In this document: positions 41,462-51,109 of the stretch, one piece after another
Layout of the letters: every line of letters begins with the position of its first letter
How positions within the stretch are numbered: position 1 is the stretch's first letter
Assembly (NCBI GenBank): GCA_963706285.1
Contig: CAVPLU010000010.1
Location: 128,001 to 192,000, forward strand
Direction: 5' to 3'
DNA from: Candidatus Bathyarchaeota archaeon
GTDB lineage: Archaea; Thermoproteota; Bathyarchaeia; 40CM-2-53-6
DNA length: 64,000 nucleotides
Program-made: the position numbers and the translations under genes
The notes under the pieces: model-generated
The model's input: the letters and a program-made list of their open reading frames with translations, nothing else
The model's database searches: none
What the model was told of the DNA's origin: nothing

Positions 41462-41797
41462 TCAGGGTGCCTTGTATGGCGCCAGTGTCTTCAGGATATC
41501 TTCTAGTTGTTCGGTGGTGAACACTCGGCCCTTTGTGGACAGTACGGTCCTGATCTCTTCTATTGATGAGGGCATGCAGTTAGCGATCTGTATTGCGTCC
41601 TTGCGGTCCAGTTGGTGCTTCTCGGATAGGTCTCGTAGCAGCTTCTCGGCTTTCCCTGGTGGGATCTTGGAGAATTTGATGGTGTAATCGCGGGTTCTCC
41701 TCTGGAACTCGCCCAGTTCGTCCTCGCTGGCTTTCTCCAGAATCCTTCGGGCCTCAGCCGTTGCGATTGGCTTTGCATCGATCAGTTTTCGCGGCAA
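41462..41797 (-). CDS. rpo4: RNA polymerase subunit Rpo4 (RpoF)
   Basis: QRRTRDYTIKFSK, AIQIANCMP..EEIRTVL; synteny with rpl21e. Confidence 0.9.
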   Translation of the reverse strand: MPRKLIDAKPIATAEARRILEKASEDELGEFQRRTRDYTIKFSKIPPGKAEKLLRDLSEKHQLDRKDAIQIANCMPSSIEEIRTVLSTKGRVFTTEQLEDILKTLAPYKAP

Positions 41798-41804
41798 TCC
41801 CGTA

Positions 41805-42095
41805 TCAACTACTTTCTATGTGTTCAGGTCTGGCTATCACGGTGCGTGTCTGTTTTCCTTCGGCGACTTCGATGATGTAGCTTCGTCCTCTCTTTGCTTT
41901 GATGACGCCTATTCGGCCGTGGTATCGACGGTGCGGCATGCCCTTGTGCACGCTGGAGTCGATTCTTATCATGACTTTGTCTCCTGGGTTGTAGGTTCTG
42001 AGGAGGCGACTTAGGCCGACTTTTCCTTTCTCTCGAGGTTTCTTTCGGAAGAGAGTCCGAGTTCTTGATCTGTAGCCTTTTGAACGTCTCACCAA
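41805..42095 (-). CDS. rpl21e: 50S ribosomal protein eL21
   Basis: SKGYRSRTR, GDKV, HKGMPHRRYHGRIG, ARPEH. Confidence 0.97.
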   Translation of the reverse strand: MVRRSKGYRSRTRTLFRKKPREKGKVGLSRLLRTYNPGDKVMIRIDSSVHKGMPHRRYHGRIGVIKAKRGRSYIIEVAEGKQTRTVIARPEHIESS

Positions 42096-42182
42096 GGTAC
42101 CTAGTGCTCCTGAACGTTGTTTTGGATGGTTCCGCTAGCAGACCTCAAACGGGCTATTTAAGCATCCTAGAACCTGTCGGAG

Positions 42183-43514
42183 CTACATCTGGAATGGTAG
42201 CCGTTTCATCATCGCGCCTGGTCGGCGTTTGAGGCTTTTCATCATTTTCTTCATCATCGTGTACTGGTTCACGAGTTCCTTAACTTCCTTCTCAGTTCTT
42301 CCTGATCCTCTCGCGATTCTGCGGGCTCTTGAAGAGTCTATGATCTTTGGTTCCTCGACTTCCTCTCTTGTCATAGATTGGATCATGACACGCCAAGCGT
42401 CCATTTTTTCTTCAGCGTTCTCCATCGCGTCGTCGGGAACATTGTATGCTCCAGGTAGCATACCGAGGACCTTCTTGAGTGGGCCCATCTTGCGGACCGC
42501 CTCAAGCTGATCATACATGTCTTTCAGATTGAAGCGTCCTTCAAGCATCGCACGTGCTTTCTTCTCGGGTATTTGGATCTCAGCCTCGCGAACCTTTTCA
42601 ACCAGCGATGCAACATCGCCGATACCGAGGAGACGGCCGACGAAGTTGGAGGGGACAAACTGTTCAATATCGTCGGTTCCCTCACCAACGCTGATGAACT
42701 TGATCTTCGCGCCGGTCGCAGCTACCGCTGAGAGTGCGCCACCGCCCTTTGCTGTTCCATCAAGTTTTGTTACCAAAATCGATCCAATGTTGGTTGCTTC
42801 GTTGAAGGCTTTGGCTTGCGCCGTTGCGGCTTGTCCTATTGATCCATCCACTGCAAGAATGATCTCATTGGGTTTTGCCAGGTTCGCGAGCCGCTTCATC
42901 TCATCCATCAGCTGGGTTTCATTCTTGTGCCTGCCTGCAGTGTCGACTATGATGAGATCCTCTTTCTCCTTCTCAAAATGAGAGAAACCTTCCTTGACGA
43001 GTTTCTCAGGTGAGGGATCCTTCGGATTCCCGTATACCGGAATCGAGACTTTGCCTGCCAACTGTGCGAGTTGCTCATAGGCTCCCGGACGGAAGTTGTC
43101 TGCACAAATAATTCCGACGCGTAGTGCTCTCTTCTGATAGAACCGTGCAAGTTTCACTGCGGCCGTTGTCTTACCGGTTCCTTGAATTCCCACAAGCATG
43201 ATGACATGGGTTTTTCCCGGTGGTATAGTTGTCTTCGGCGCTTCCTCTCCGAGGAATCTTGTCAGTTCCTCATAGAGGACTTTTATGACGTGTTCTCGTC
43301 TTGAGATGCCAGGGGGAAGCTTCTCTTCAATCGCTCTCTTCTCGACATTTCGGGAGATTTGAAGTACCAGTTCCACATTCACGTCCGCCTGCAGCAACGC
43401 ACGCTGCAGGTCCTTGACGAGTTCCTTGATCGCCTTCTCATCAACGATTGGGAGTCTCAGCATTTTCCGGACCGCATCGCCGAGTGATTTGCTGAGGTCT
43501 CCTAACGCGCTCAA
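42183..43514 (-). CDS. srp54: Signal recognition particle protein SRP54
   Basis: LLQADVN, GIQGTGKTT, DTAGRH, TKLDGTAKGGGALS, SRARRIARGSG. Confidence 0.97.
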   Translation of the reverse strand: MSALGDLSKSLGDAVRKMLRLPIVDEKAIKELVKDLQRALLQADVNVELVLQISRNVEKRAIEEKLPPGISRREHVIKVLYEELTRFLGEEAPKTTIPPGKTHVIMLVGIQGTGKTTAAVKLARFYQKRALRVGIICADNFRPGAYEQLAQLAGKVSIPVYGNPKDPSPEKLVKEGFSHFEKEKEDLIIVDTAGRHKNETQLMDEMKRLANLAKPNEIILAVDGSIGQAATAQAKAFNEATNIGSILVTKLDGTAKGGGALSAVAATGAKIKFISVGEGTDDIEQFVPSNFVGRLLGIGDVASLVEKVREAEIQIPEKKARAMLEGRFNLKDMYDQLEAVRKMGPLKKVLGMLPGAYNVPDDAMENAEEKMDAWRVMIQSMTREEVEEPKIIDSSRARRIARGSGRTEKEVKELVNQYTMMKKMMKSLKRRPGAMMKRLPFQM

Positions 43515-43699
43515 ATGCGCAATCTCTCCGAAGGGTAAGGGTTGTCTGGTCTTGAAGTCTGGTCACTTATAGCCTCTTCATCTCTGCAGTTCTTTCTGCG
43601 ATTCATGACTCTAATTTCTCCTGTCACCGATTCCGTCGGAGCATGGATAGGTTCATTATTTGGTGAAGTTACTTCCCACATGATCTTGTCATAGGTCGA

Positions 43700-44449
43700 G
43701 TGCGCTTGCCAGATGATGTGAAGGTCGTAGAGAAAGGAACGATTCCCAAGAAGTTCACGCTCATCAATGGTCTACCCGATGTTGGCCTAGTCGGTTTGGT
43801 GGCAGCATCGCATATCGTATCTTCGCTTAAGATGGAAGAGGTCGGTTCCATAGAGTCAGACCTATTCCCTCCGATGATCGTACTCCATGATGGCCTTCCG
43901 AAGTCACCGATTAGATTGTACGCAAATCAGTCGCTGGTTGTGATAATGGCGGAGACCGCCATTCCCGCATTGCTGACAAGATCAGTGGCAAATGCCATTG
44001 TGAACTGGGCTGCTTCGCATAACGTAGAGATGATGCTCTCGATTGGCGGGATGGCCGTGCAGAATCGCCAAGACATTGACGTGCCAAAAGTCTTCGCAGC
44101 TATCTCCAACAAAGATCTTGAGAAGAAACTGGGCGATGCGGCGGAAGTGTTAGGCGAGGGATACATTGTCGGGGCTTACGCCCTGATGCTTAGAAAATGC
44201 GCTGAAATGAATATGCCCGCCATCACGTTGCTCACTCAGTCATTCTACAATTACCCTGACCCGGAGGCTGCTGCTGCCGCGCTCAATGCGTTGAACAAGA
44301 TCCTTGGTTTGAAAGTCCAAACCTCCGACCTTCTCCAGAAGGGCGAGGAGATCCGACTGCGAGCTAAAGATGTCATGAAGAGGACGCAAGCTGAGATGGC
44401 CAAGATGGGTAAGTCGCAGGAGTACGAGGTTCCAGCCCTGTATGGGTGA
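43700..44449 (+). CDS. PAC2-family proteasome assembly chaperone
   Basis: GLPDVGLVG, PIRLY, YPDPEAAA. Confidence 0.88.
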   Translation: MRLPDDVKVVEKGTIPKKFTLINGLPDVGLVGLVAASHIVSSLKMEEVGSIESDLFPPMIVLHDGLPKSPIRLYANQSLVVIMAETAIPALLTRSVANAIVNWAASHNVEMMLSIGGMAVQNRQDIDVPKVFAAISNKDLEKKLGDAAEVLGEGYIVGAYALMLRKCAEMNMPAITLLTQSFYNYPDPEAAAAALNALNKILGLKVQTSDLLQKGEEIRLRAKDVMKRTQAEMAKMGKSQEYEVPALYG

Positions 44450-44459
44450 GGGATGAAGA

Positions 44460-44867
44460 ATGTCGCATGATCTGAGAAAACACATTTTGGATGCAGTGGA
44501 TGAGTACTTCAAGCGAGCCGAGTTCATGGTCGAACGCGCCTTTATCTCCACCTGGAACGAGGCTGCCCAATGTATCGAGCCGCTCTACAACATTACCGTG
44601 GGCTCAAACGAGGTCATCGTGACTGTAGATCTACCGTATGTGAATCCTGAGGAAATCAATCTGAAGTTGCCTGCAGACGATACGGTTGAGATTGACGCAA
44701 ACACTAAACGACGAATAACGTTCGCCGACATGGGTGTGAGACACAGGGGTGGCCAATTCAAATCCTACCACGCTGTGGTCCATATGCCGGTTCCTGTAGT
44801 CGAGTCAGGAATGACTTCGAGATTCAAGCGCGGAGTCCTCGAAATCCGTCTGCCAAGACTCGTCTAG
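44460..44867 (+). CDS. Hsp20/alpha-crystallin family protein
   Basis: EPLY, VTVDLPYV, FKRGVLEIRLP. Confidence 0.85.
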   Translation: MSHDLRKHILDAVDEYFKRAEFMVERAFISTWNEAAQCIEPLYNITVGSNEVIVTVDLPYVNPEEINLKLPADDTVEIDANTKRRITFADMGVRHRGGQFKSYHAVVHMPVPVVESGMTSRFKRGVLEIRLPRLV

Positions 44868-45790
44868 GTTGCCTTCTCCAAAGCCGCCAAACAGGCCATT
44901 GGGAAGAGCGTCGCTGCGTCTCCTATCACAGTCGTGGTGCGACTGTTCGGCTTGATTTTTCCCCAGCTCACAGCTTCATCCAGTGGCGCTCCGCTGAGTC
45001 CGCCCGGTTCGGGGCGGTCCATAGTAAACTGGACTGCCGCGTCAAGCCCGCCGCGAAACGTGTTAGCGAGCAGACTAAAGTGCTTCGGCATGCCACCCCC
45101 CAAAATGACGAGCCCGATCTTCTTGCTCTCGTACGTCAGCTCGACAATTTGACTGAAATCACGCATGGGATTGAGGTAGAGGGTATTGAGCTGTCCGAAA
45201 GTCCAAAGGTCGATACCAAACATCGAATCATGTAATCCAGGGCAAAAAATTGGAACTTTGCTTTGGGCAGCATTCCGGAGAATTGAGGCCGGATCTTTGA
45301 TTTGGTTGCCGATCTCGCGCAGCAATTCCCAAGGCGCAATGTTGCGTCTCTTATCTTCAGCGATCTTAGACGCGGCCTTGTAGGTGAACTTTTCCAGCGC
45401 GTTTATCGCCCGTTGAGAGACATACAGGTCATATATTCTATGCAGGCCTCGGCGGCTCAGTTTTCGGTCGTCAGAATCTTCCGCTCCGATCTCATGTCGG
45501 TGACCTAGAGCCTCAATCAGGTCATGCGTCACATTAGCGCCTGTCATGATAAGTGCATGGATTCGTCGACCAGTAACTAGGTCACTCACTAGCTCACGCA
45601 GTCCGCCTGGGACCATAGGCCCTGCAATTGCCATCATGTTTGTGTACCTAGTGTCCCTGAACATCGTCGCAAGGATTTCCACGGCTTCAGAGAATCTTCT
45701 AGGTCCTAGTACTCCCGAACGGCGCATCTGATCTGAGACTTCACTTAGCGTCATGCCCGCTCTGAGTTTCATATGCCTAACATAGGGCAT
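44864..45790 (-). CDS. dys: Deoxyhypusine synthase
   Basis: TGANVTHD, HRIYD, LGGGMPKH, GGLSGAPLDEAVSWGK (catalytic Lys present). Confidence 0.92.
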   Translation of the reverse strand: MPYVRHMKLRAGMTLSEVSDQMRRSGVLGPRRFSEAVEILATMFRDTRYTNMMAIAGPMVPGGLRELVSDLVTGRRIHALIMTGANVTHDLIEALGHRHEIGAEDSDDRKLSRRGLHRIYDLYVSQRAINALEKFTYKAASKIAEDKRRNIAPWELLREIGNQIKDPASILRNAAQSKVPIFCPGLHDSMFGIDLWTFGQLNTLYLNPMRDFSQIVELTYESKKIGLVILGGGMPKHFSLLANTFRGGLDAAVQFTMDRPEPGGLSGAPLDEAVSWGKIKPNSRTTTVIGDAATLFPMACLAALEKAT

Positions 45791-45833
45791 GAAGATGCCT
45801 CGTTCAGTGAGTTGCCCGCAGGCCAGTTTGATT

Positions 45834-46255
45834 CTAGCCTTTGGTTCTCACGATCTTCTTCTTGCCGAGCATTTCCCAGTATTCTATCTCTACGCCAGGT
45901 GCTAGTTTTGATTTGACTTCCTCATCATCTGGCTGGGGAGTTTCGAATGTCTCGTAGGATTGCAGGTCCATAATTTGAACAGAACTAGGCTGTACCGAGA
46001 TGATTTGGCCAGTCTTCTTGTCAATCATCGGAACCTCCAGTTTTCCATCGACCGGACTGATCACGTTACGTTTCTGGCCTGTGAGGACGCCCATTGCGAC
46101 GATCCTTGCTTTCGCGGAGCCGTGCTTGCCGTGTAGCGTTGTTCGCGCTACATTCCGGGTTTGCTCTTCTCGTACTCCACGATCTTGCAGGGTTCGCCTT
46201 CGATTACAACGTATTGTCCGATCTTCAACGAGCCTACATCGACTGGTTTGCTCAA
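45834..46255 (-). CDS. eif5a: Translation factor aIF5A, interrupted by a 26-nt putative intron (exons 46255-46153 and 46126-45834)
   Basis: TTG start with upstream GAGGA; exon 1 [34 protein letters not shown], exon 2 [20 protein letters not shown]...; 422-26 = 396 nt = 131 aa plus stop. Confidence 0.93.
46127..46152 (-). other. Putative BHB-type mRNA intron in aIF5A
   Basis: Insert T-GTAGCG-CGAACAA-CGCTAC-ACGG-CA forms a hairpin, contains an in-frame TAG, and its removal restores SKPGKHG. Confidence 0.75.
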
Positions 46256-46457
46256 CGCGAGTTCCTCAATTCATGCAGGTTGACTAGGGGCGCTTCTAAA
46301 AAGCTTCCGAGAATAGACTCATGAATAAAATCATCGCGTAAGTCATCTGTCTTCAAATCTATCCGATCCTCCGTGTACGATGATCCTCTTTCTCCGCGAG
46401 GGTTTTGCATACCATAAATAGTGGGTTGGATCTCTAGGGTATGCGAGCGGTCCTGTT

Positions 46458-47297
46458 TTGGTCACCAAAGTTGGTCTCGTTTCTAGACTCGACGAAGACG
46501 CTGCCCTGAAGGTCGCGTTGAGACTCTACAAGAACATGACCAAGAAAGGGATCAAGGTACTGCCCGAGGAGCAGCTCGCCCAGATTGCGAAGCTACCTGG
46601 AGGCGTCTCGTTCTCAAAGATGGATGCTGACCTAATTGTTACTGTGGGCGGGGACGGGACCGTTCTCAAGACTTGCATGTCTATTCCGAGGGCTGAGACT
46701 CCGATATTGGCGGTCAACATGGGTAGGAGGGGATACCTTACAGAAGTCGACCCTGAGGGTGCAATGCATGCCGTTGAGAGTTGCATCAAGGGTACCAGCA
46801 AGAAGGAAGAGCGGACGAAGCTCTCCGCGACCATCGAGGGAGAAAGTCCCATCGACGGATTGAACGAAGTTGTGATATCTTCCGGAACTCCATCGAAAAT
46901 GCTTCACTTCATGGTATCAGTCGACTCGTCGCAACTGGAGTTTCGCAGCGACGGCCTTATTGTATCGACACCGACTGGATCAACGGCGTATTCTCTCTCC
47001 GCGAACGGTCCGATCATGGACAACTCTGTAGAGGCCTTTGTCGTGACGTTCATCTGTCCTCTTGAACATCTCACACCTCTGATTGTGTCCATGGAGAACA
47101 GAATCAAAATCGAGTTAATGGATCCCAAATTGAAGGGAACACTAGTTGTGGACGGACGAGTCCAAAGGGAACTACAGCCCCAGACATCAGTCATAGTCAC
47201 TCGATCATCTCACAAAGCAGTGTTAGTCCGCCTCGGGCCAATTCGCTCCCTTAGAGGCCTCATGCGTCTTCGCCCAGTTCCCAGAGACACTTGGTAA
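46458..47297 (+). CDS. nadK: NAD kinase
   Basis: GGDGT, NMGRRGYL, LNEVV, DGLIVSTPTGSTAYSLSANGP. Confidence 0.95.
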   Translation: MVTKVGLVSRLDEDAALKVALRLYKNMTKKGIKVLPEEQLAQIAKLPGGVSFSKMDADLIVTVGGDGTVLKTCMSIPRAETPILAVNMGRRGYLTEVDPEGAMHAVESCIKGTSKKEERTKLSATIEGESPIDGLNEVVISSGTPSKMLHFMVSVDSSQLEFRSDGLIVSTPTGSTAYSLSANGPIMDNSVEAFVVTFICPLEHLTPLIVSMENRIKIELMDPKLKGTLVVDGRVQRELQPQTSVIVTRSSHKAVLVRLGPIRSLRGLMRLRPVPRDTW

Positions 47298-47382
47298 CAG
47301 CTCACTCAAGCCTTATTTGAACGAAATATACGTCGACTTTCTACGTGAATCTGATCCCTGAGCTTTGGATAGCGGCGATTGA

Positions 47383-47949
47383 TTGGATCTACCAAACGAG
47401 AATAAGGTTAGAGTCCTAGTCCTCGACACTTCGGCTCTGGTTATGGGATTAGATCCATCTGGGCTTAACGTGCCTACGTACTCAGTCCCAAGCGTCATGG
47501 ATGAATTGATTCCAGACACCCTACCTCATACTAGGTTCAGCGCATCCATGAACGCAGGTCGTCTGGTCGTCGAAAGACCGACCCCATCTTCCATGAAAGT
47601 CGCGCAGGAGACTTCATCAAAAGTAGGCGATGCAAACGTACTGTCAAAGGCGGACACTGAAGTCATCGCTCTCGCAGTAGATCTGAGAAACAACGGACTA
47701 TTTCCCGCGATTGTCAGCGATGACTACGCAGTTCAGAACGTGTCAGAGACTTTGGGAATAGAACACGCTTCGCTCGCAAATTTCGGTATAGTTCGCAAGT
47801 TCGATTGGATCTACTATTGCCCCGCCTGTTTCAGAAGATATGGGATAGAAGATGCAGGTCAGGCGTGCAGGATATGCGGGACCCGCCTGAAGAGGAAGGT
47901 TGTAAGGAAAGAGAATGCCACTAGGAAGGTTGGTCGTAACCAAGCGTAA
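47383..47949 (+). CDS. nob1: Nob1 endoribonuclease (PIN plus Zn ribbon)
   Basis: VLDTSA, LSKAD, SDDYAVQN, CPAC..CRICG. Confidence 0.92.
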   Translation: MDLPNENKVRVLVLDTSALVMGLDPSGLNVPTYSVPSVMDELIPDTLPHTRFSASMNAGRLVVERPTPSSMKVAQETSSKVGDANVLSKADTEVIALAVDLRNNGLFPAIVSDDYAVQNVSETLGIEHASLANFGIVRKFDWIYYCPACFRRYGIEDAGQACRICGTRLKRKVVRKENATRKVGRNQA

Positions 47950-47970
47950 GAAGAGGATCTGCAGGCCCTG

Positions 47971-48894
47971 TCAGATGAGTTTGGTCTTGCGTGCGTAGTG
48001 GAATAGATACAGTTGAACATAGCCTGCCCATGGTCCGTATCGTTCTCGGAGGAATTTCGCGACCTTCTCTGTGCTGATATTGGCGCCGTGAAAATACATT
48101 TTGCGAACTATCCTATGGATCCATATGTCCACCGGAGCAGCTTCGGTTTTTCCCAAACCGTAGAGGAGAAAACAGTCAGCCACTTTTGGTCCGATTCCAG
48201 GCAATTCCATCAATATCGCCTTTGCTGTTTCGTAGTCTTGGCGACGTAGTTCCTCCAGGTTGAGTTCTCCATCTCGGACTCTGCGAGCGGCTTCGATGAC
48301 GTACTTCGTGCGATATGTCAGCCCAGTTCTCTCAAGATCTTGTTCACTGGCGGCTGCGAGCGCCTCCGGTTTAGGGAAAATGTGGATTGTTGAACCGTCA
48401 GTCAATCGTGCGGGTCGGCCGTAAGTGTTTCTGATCAATTTCACAGTTTTCGTCCAAAGAACTATCGAGTTGTGCTGTGTTGAGATCGAGCTGATTAGAC
48501 TCTCAAACGGGTTGTTGCCGCGCATCAGTCTGAGACCAACAAGTTGTGGAAAGGTTTTGGAAACGACATCACCATTCTTTTCATCGAACGTTAGGTAGAA
48601 GGCATTCAGATCATCATCAAGTCTCAGAACATTGACTATGTGATCTGTCACTGTTTTTGCGAGGTCCGCGCCGTTATCGTCTGAGGTCATAGTGATCTTG
48701 AGGTGGGGTTCTTCTCTAGTCCCGGTCTGGCGGATACGATATCTTACGGCTCTACCTCCGAAATCCTCCACATCCGTGTAGTATCCTTCTTCGAGATCCC
48801 ATTGTGGTTCGCTGGTTTGGCCGCTCATCAAGGTGGTCTCAAGATCTAGTGGTCCCAGTATCTGTTCGCAGGAGATATCGGCTTCCTCGTACAA
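47971..48894 (-). CDS. 8-oxoguanine DNA glycosylase, OGG1 type
   Basis: LDLETTLMSGQ N-domain, FPKPEAL, LPGIGPKVADC, PVDIWI, AGYVQLYLF. Confidence 0.85.
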   Translation of the reverse strand: MYEEADISCEQILGPLDLETTLMSGQTSEPQWDLEEGYYTDVEDFGGRAVRYRIRQTGTREEPHLKITMTSDDNGADLAKTVTDHIVNVLRLDDDLNAFYLTFDEKNGDVVSKTFPQLVGLRLMRGNNPFESLISSISTQHNSIVLWTKTVKLIRNTYGRPARLTDGSTIHIFPKPEALAAASEQDLERTGLTYRTKYVIEAARRVRDGELNLEELRRQDYETAKAILMELPGIGPKVADCFLLYGLGKTEAAPVDIWIHRIVRKMYFHGANISTEKVAKFLRERYGPWAGYVQLYLFHYARKTKLI

Positions 48895-48946
48895 TACACT
48901 TCACCAAGTGGACTGAGCGTGAGTCAAAGTTATTCGTGCAGAAAAT

Positions 48947-49243
48947 TCAAAGTGCTTCTTCCCGTTGCGTCTGCTCGTTCCAGACTTTCCTAATCTTCTC
49001 CTCTTCTTCAGCCTTCACTAGAAGCGATCTTCTTGAGTCTTTCAGCGGTATGACGAAATACTCTCCAATGGTTCCGTCTTCTCCTTTCAGCGTGAGCTTC
49101 GTCTTCTTGTCGGCCAACTTCATGGTTTCAGGGTCAAGATACTTGCACATCACGAAAGACCCGCGTGACTGAAGTGTTCTGACTTCGAGTTTTCCTGATT
49201 TGCCTTTCGTTAGGACTTCATTAGAGAAGTCCATATGGATCAA
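48947..49243 (-). CDS. Conserved hypothetical protein
   Basis: Clean 98-aa ORF co-oriented with neighbours. Confidence 0.7.
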   Translation of the reverse strand: MIHMDFSNEVLTKGKSGKLEVRTLQSRGSFVMCKYLDPETMKLADKKTKLTLKGEDGTIGEYFVIPLKDSRRSLLVKAEEEEKIRKVWNEQTQREEAL

Positions 49244-49295
49244 GGAATGCCGATCTAGTTGTTGTCCGGGTTAAGTTTTGCTGTTTAGATATCAC

Positions 49296-50462
49296 TTACC
49301 GAAGCTGTCGTTCGAGGAGGGCGATGAAGAAGCCTGCGTCGTGTTTGTGCGGGTGAAATCTCTGACATTGTTCCGTGGGTTTGCCTTCTATTGGAATCGC
49401 TCTATCGCCTAGCATGGGTGACTGCGCTTGGATGGATAGGTTGCAGTGCGTGGTGGCATGAAGTACGTTCTGCTCGCATTCCTGTAGGGTGAGTGTGCAG
49501 ACGCTGTAGACGATCCGTCCGCCAGGCTTTATGATTCTAGATGCTTCTTCAAGGAATTGTTTCTGGTATCTGGCGAGTGCTTCGATCTCGCTTTTGGGAG
49601 CGTACTCGTAGATCTTTGGCATTATCCCGAGAGCGCTGCAGGGGGGATCGACGAGAATTTTGTCCGGTTTGAGTGTCGGATGATCATGCGAAAGGTATCT
49701 GCTATCGTGCACGAATAGAGTGACATTTGAGCAACCTAACCTGGAGCATGTCTCCATTGTTTCGTCGATCTTGCGTCTATTGCGATCCACGCCAATGACT
49801 CGACCTTGATTCCCCATCAGTTGAGAGATGTGTGAGAGCTTTCCCCCTGGCGAGCATGTCATGTCGAGGACAAGATCGGTCGGCTTAGGGTCTAATACTC
49901 TGCTTGTGACAATGGCCGGAAGAGACTGTGGATAGATCAGACCTTCTCGGAATTCACGTGTTTCGCGAAAGCTTGGAACCTTGTATTTCGATTCTGTCAC
50001 TTCTACTGCGAGTCCTTTTCTGAAGGTAAGGATCTGAGTTTCATTCATGCGGGCAATGCCAGATGCGAGGGTTTCACCTTCGTCGTCAATTATGTTCACG
50101 CTGTCACCGATTCGAATTCCTTTGCACCTCGCAACCCCAGGAGCATAAACATTGGCGCCTTGCAGAACTGATTCCGCTGTGAATTTGTCAGCCATCACTT
50201 TCTTCGGACGCGCTGATACTTCGAACGGTCCCTGAATGGGGACCCACAATGCTTCAGGGATCAGTTCGTGCTGTGATATGTCGAACCCTCTTTCGATTAG
50301 CCTCGCAGCCACTTCCTTCGGGGTTGTCTTGACCATGTTTGCTCTCACGAAGTAGCGTTTCCCCGGTGTCTTGAGAGCTTGAACCACAGTTTCAAGCTCG
50401 GAACCGTACACTGGAAGAAGCTCTCCCAACGTCTCTTCTGAGAACTTGAACAACTCAGACAT
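49296..50462 (-). CDS. RsmB/NOP2/NSUN6-like RNA m5C methyltransferase with PUA domain
   Basis: AESVLQGANVYAPG (PUA), DMTCSPGGK, DPPCSALG, YSVCT. Confidence 0.93.
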   Translation of the reverse strand: MSELFKFSEETLGELLPVYGSELETVVQALKTPGKRYFVRANMVKTTPKEVAARLIERGFDISQHELIPEALWVPIQGPFEVSARPKKVMADKFTAESVLQGANVYAPGVARCKGIRIGDSVNIIDDEGETLASGIARMNETQILTFRKGLAVEVTESKYKVPSFRETREFREGLIYPQSLPAIVTSRVLDPKPTDLVLDMTCSPGGKLSHISQLMGNQGRVIGVDRNRRKIDETMETCSRLGCSNVTLFVHDSRYLSHDHPTLKPDKILVDPPCSALGIMPKIYEYAPKSEIEALARYQKQFLEEASRIIKPGGRIVYSVCTLTLQECEQNVLHATTHCNLSIQAQSPMLGDRAIPIEGKPTEQCQRFHPHKHDAGFFIALLERQLR

Positions 50463-50535
50463 CTCTCGAAGATCAGAGGACTGTCTAGAGACTGGTTTCA
50501 GTGGTTCTTCGCTTCCCTGCTATTCGTTGATCCAA

Positions 50536-51030
50536 TCAGATTGAGATCAGGCGTGCACTTCTTTCCGCTGTGTTCAGAACTGCGAACGTACTTTTCCCGG
50601 TCAAATAGCCACAGATCTCTCCTGGGTTAATCACCAATGTGTGCCCTTCCTTGATCACTTGAGCCTGGTGGGTGTGCCCGAATGCGACCACGTCGTAGCC
50701 ACCGGAATTTATCAGTGATTTCAGCATCTCATCTTCGTCACCGTGAATCAGTGCTATCCTCAGATTGTCGACTTTGACATCTGCAAATCTTCCCCTGATC
50801 TCATGCCCTGCCTCTGCGAACCTGTCTCTCAGGGCGATTCTTTCAGCGTCGTTATTGCCGAGGACTCCGATCATGCGAGACTTCAGTGACTTGTAGGAGT
50901 CGGTGACGAATGGCGCGGAGTAGTCGCCAGCGTGAAGCACTAGTTCGACTGGATCAGAATTTAGCCGATTGACTGCATCCTTTATTCTTGGTAGGCAATC
51001 ATGGGAGTCAGCAACTATCCCAATCTGCAA
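50536..51030 (-). CDS. YfcE/MJ0936-family phosphodiesterase
   Basis: ADSHD, HAGD, GNND, HG, GHTH, NPGE. Confidence 0.92.
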   Translation of the reverse strand: MQIGIVADSHDCLPRIKDAVNRLNSDPVELVLHAGDYSAPFVTDSYKSLKSRMIGVLGNNDAERIALRDRFAEAGHEIRGRFADVKVDNLRIALIHGDEDEMLKSLINSGGYDVVAFGHTHQAQVIKEGHTLVINPGEICGYLTGKSTFAVLNTAERSARLISI

Positions 51031-51109
51031 TTTTGAACCATTCCTAGGTCTTGACCCGCTTCATGATCGGCAGAGGCTAATGTTGCATTCGGTCAGCGTT
51101 TCAGGTTGA

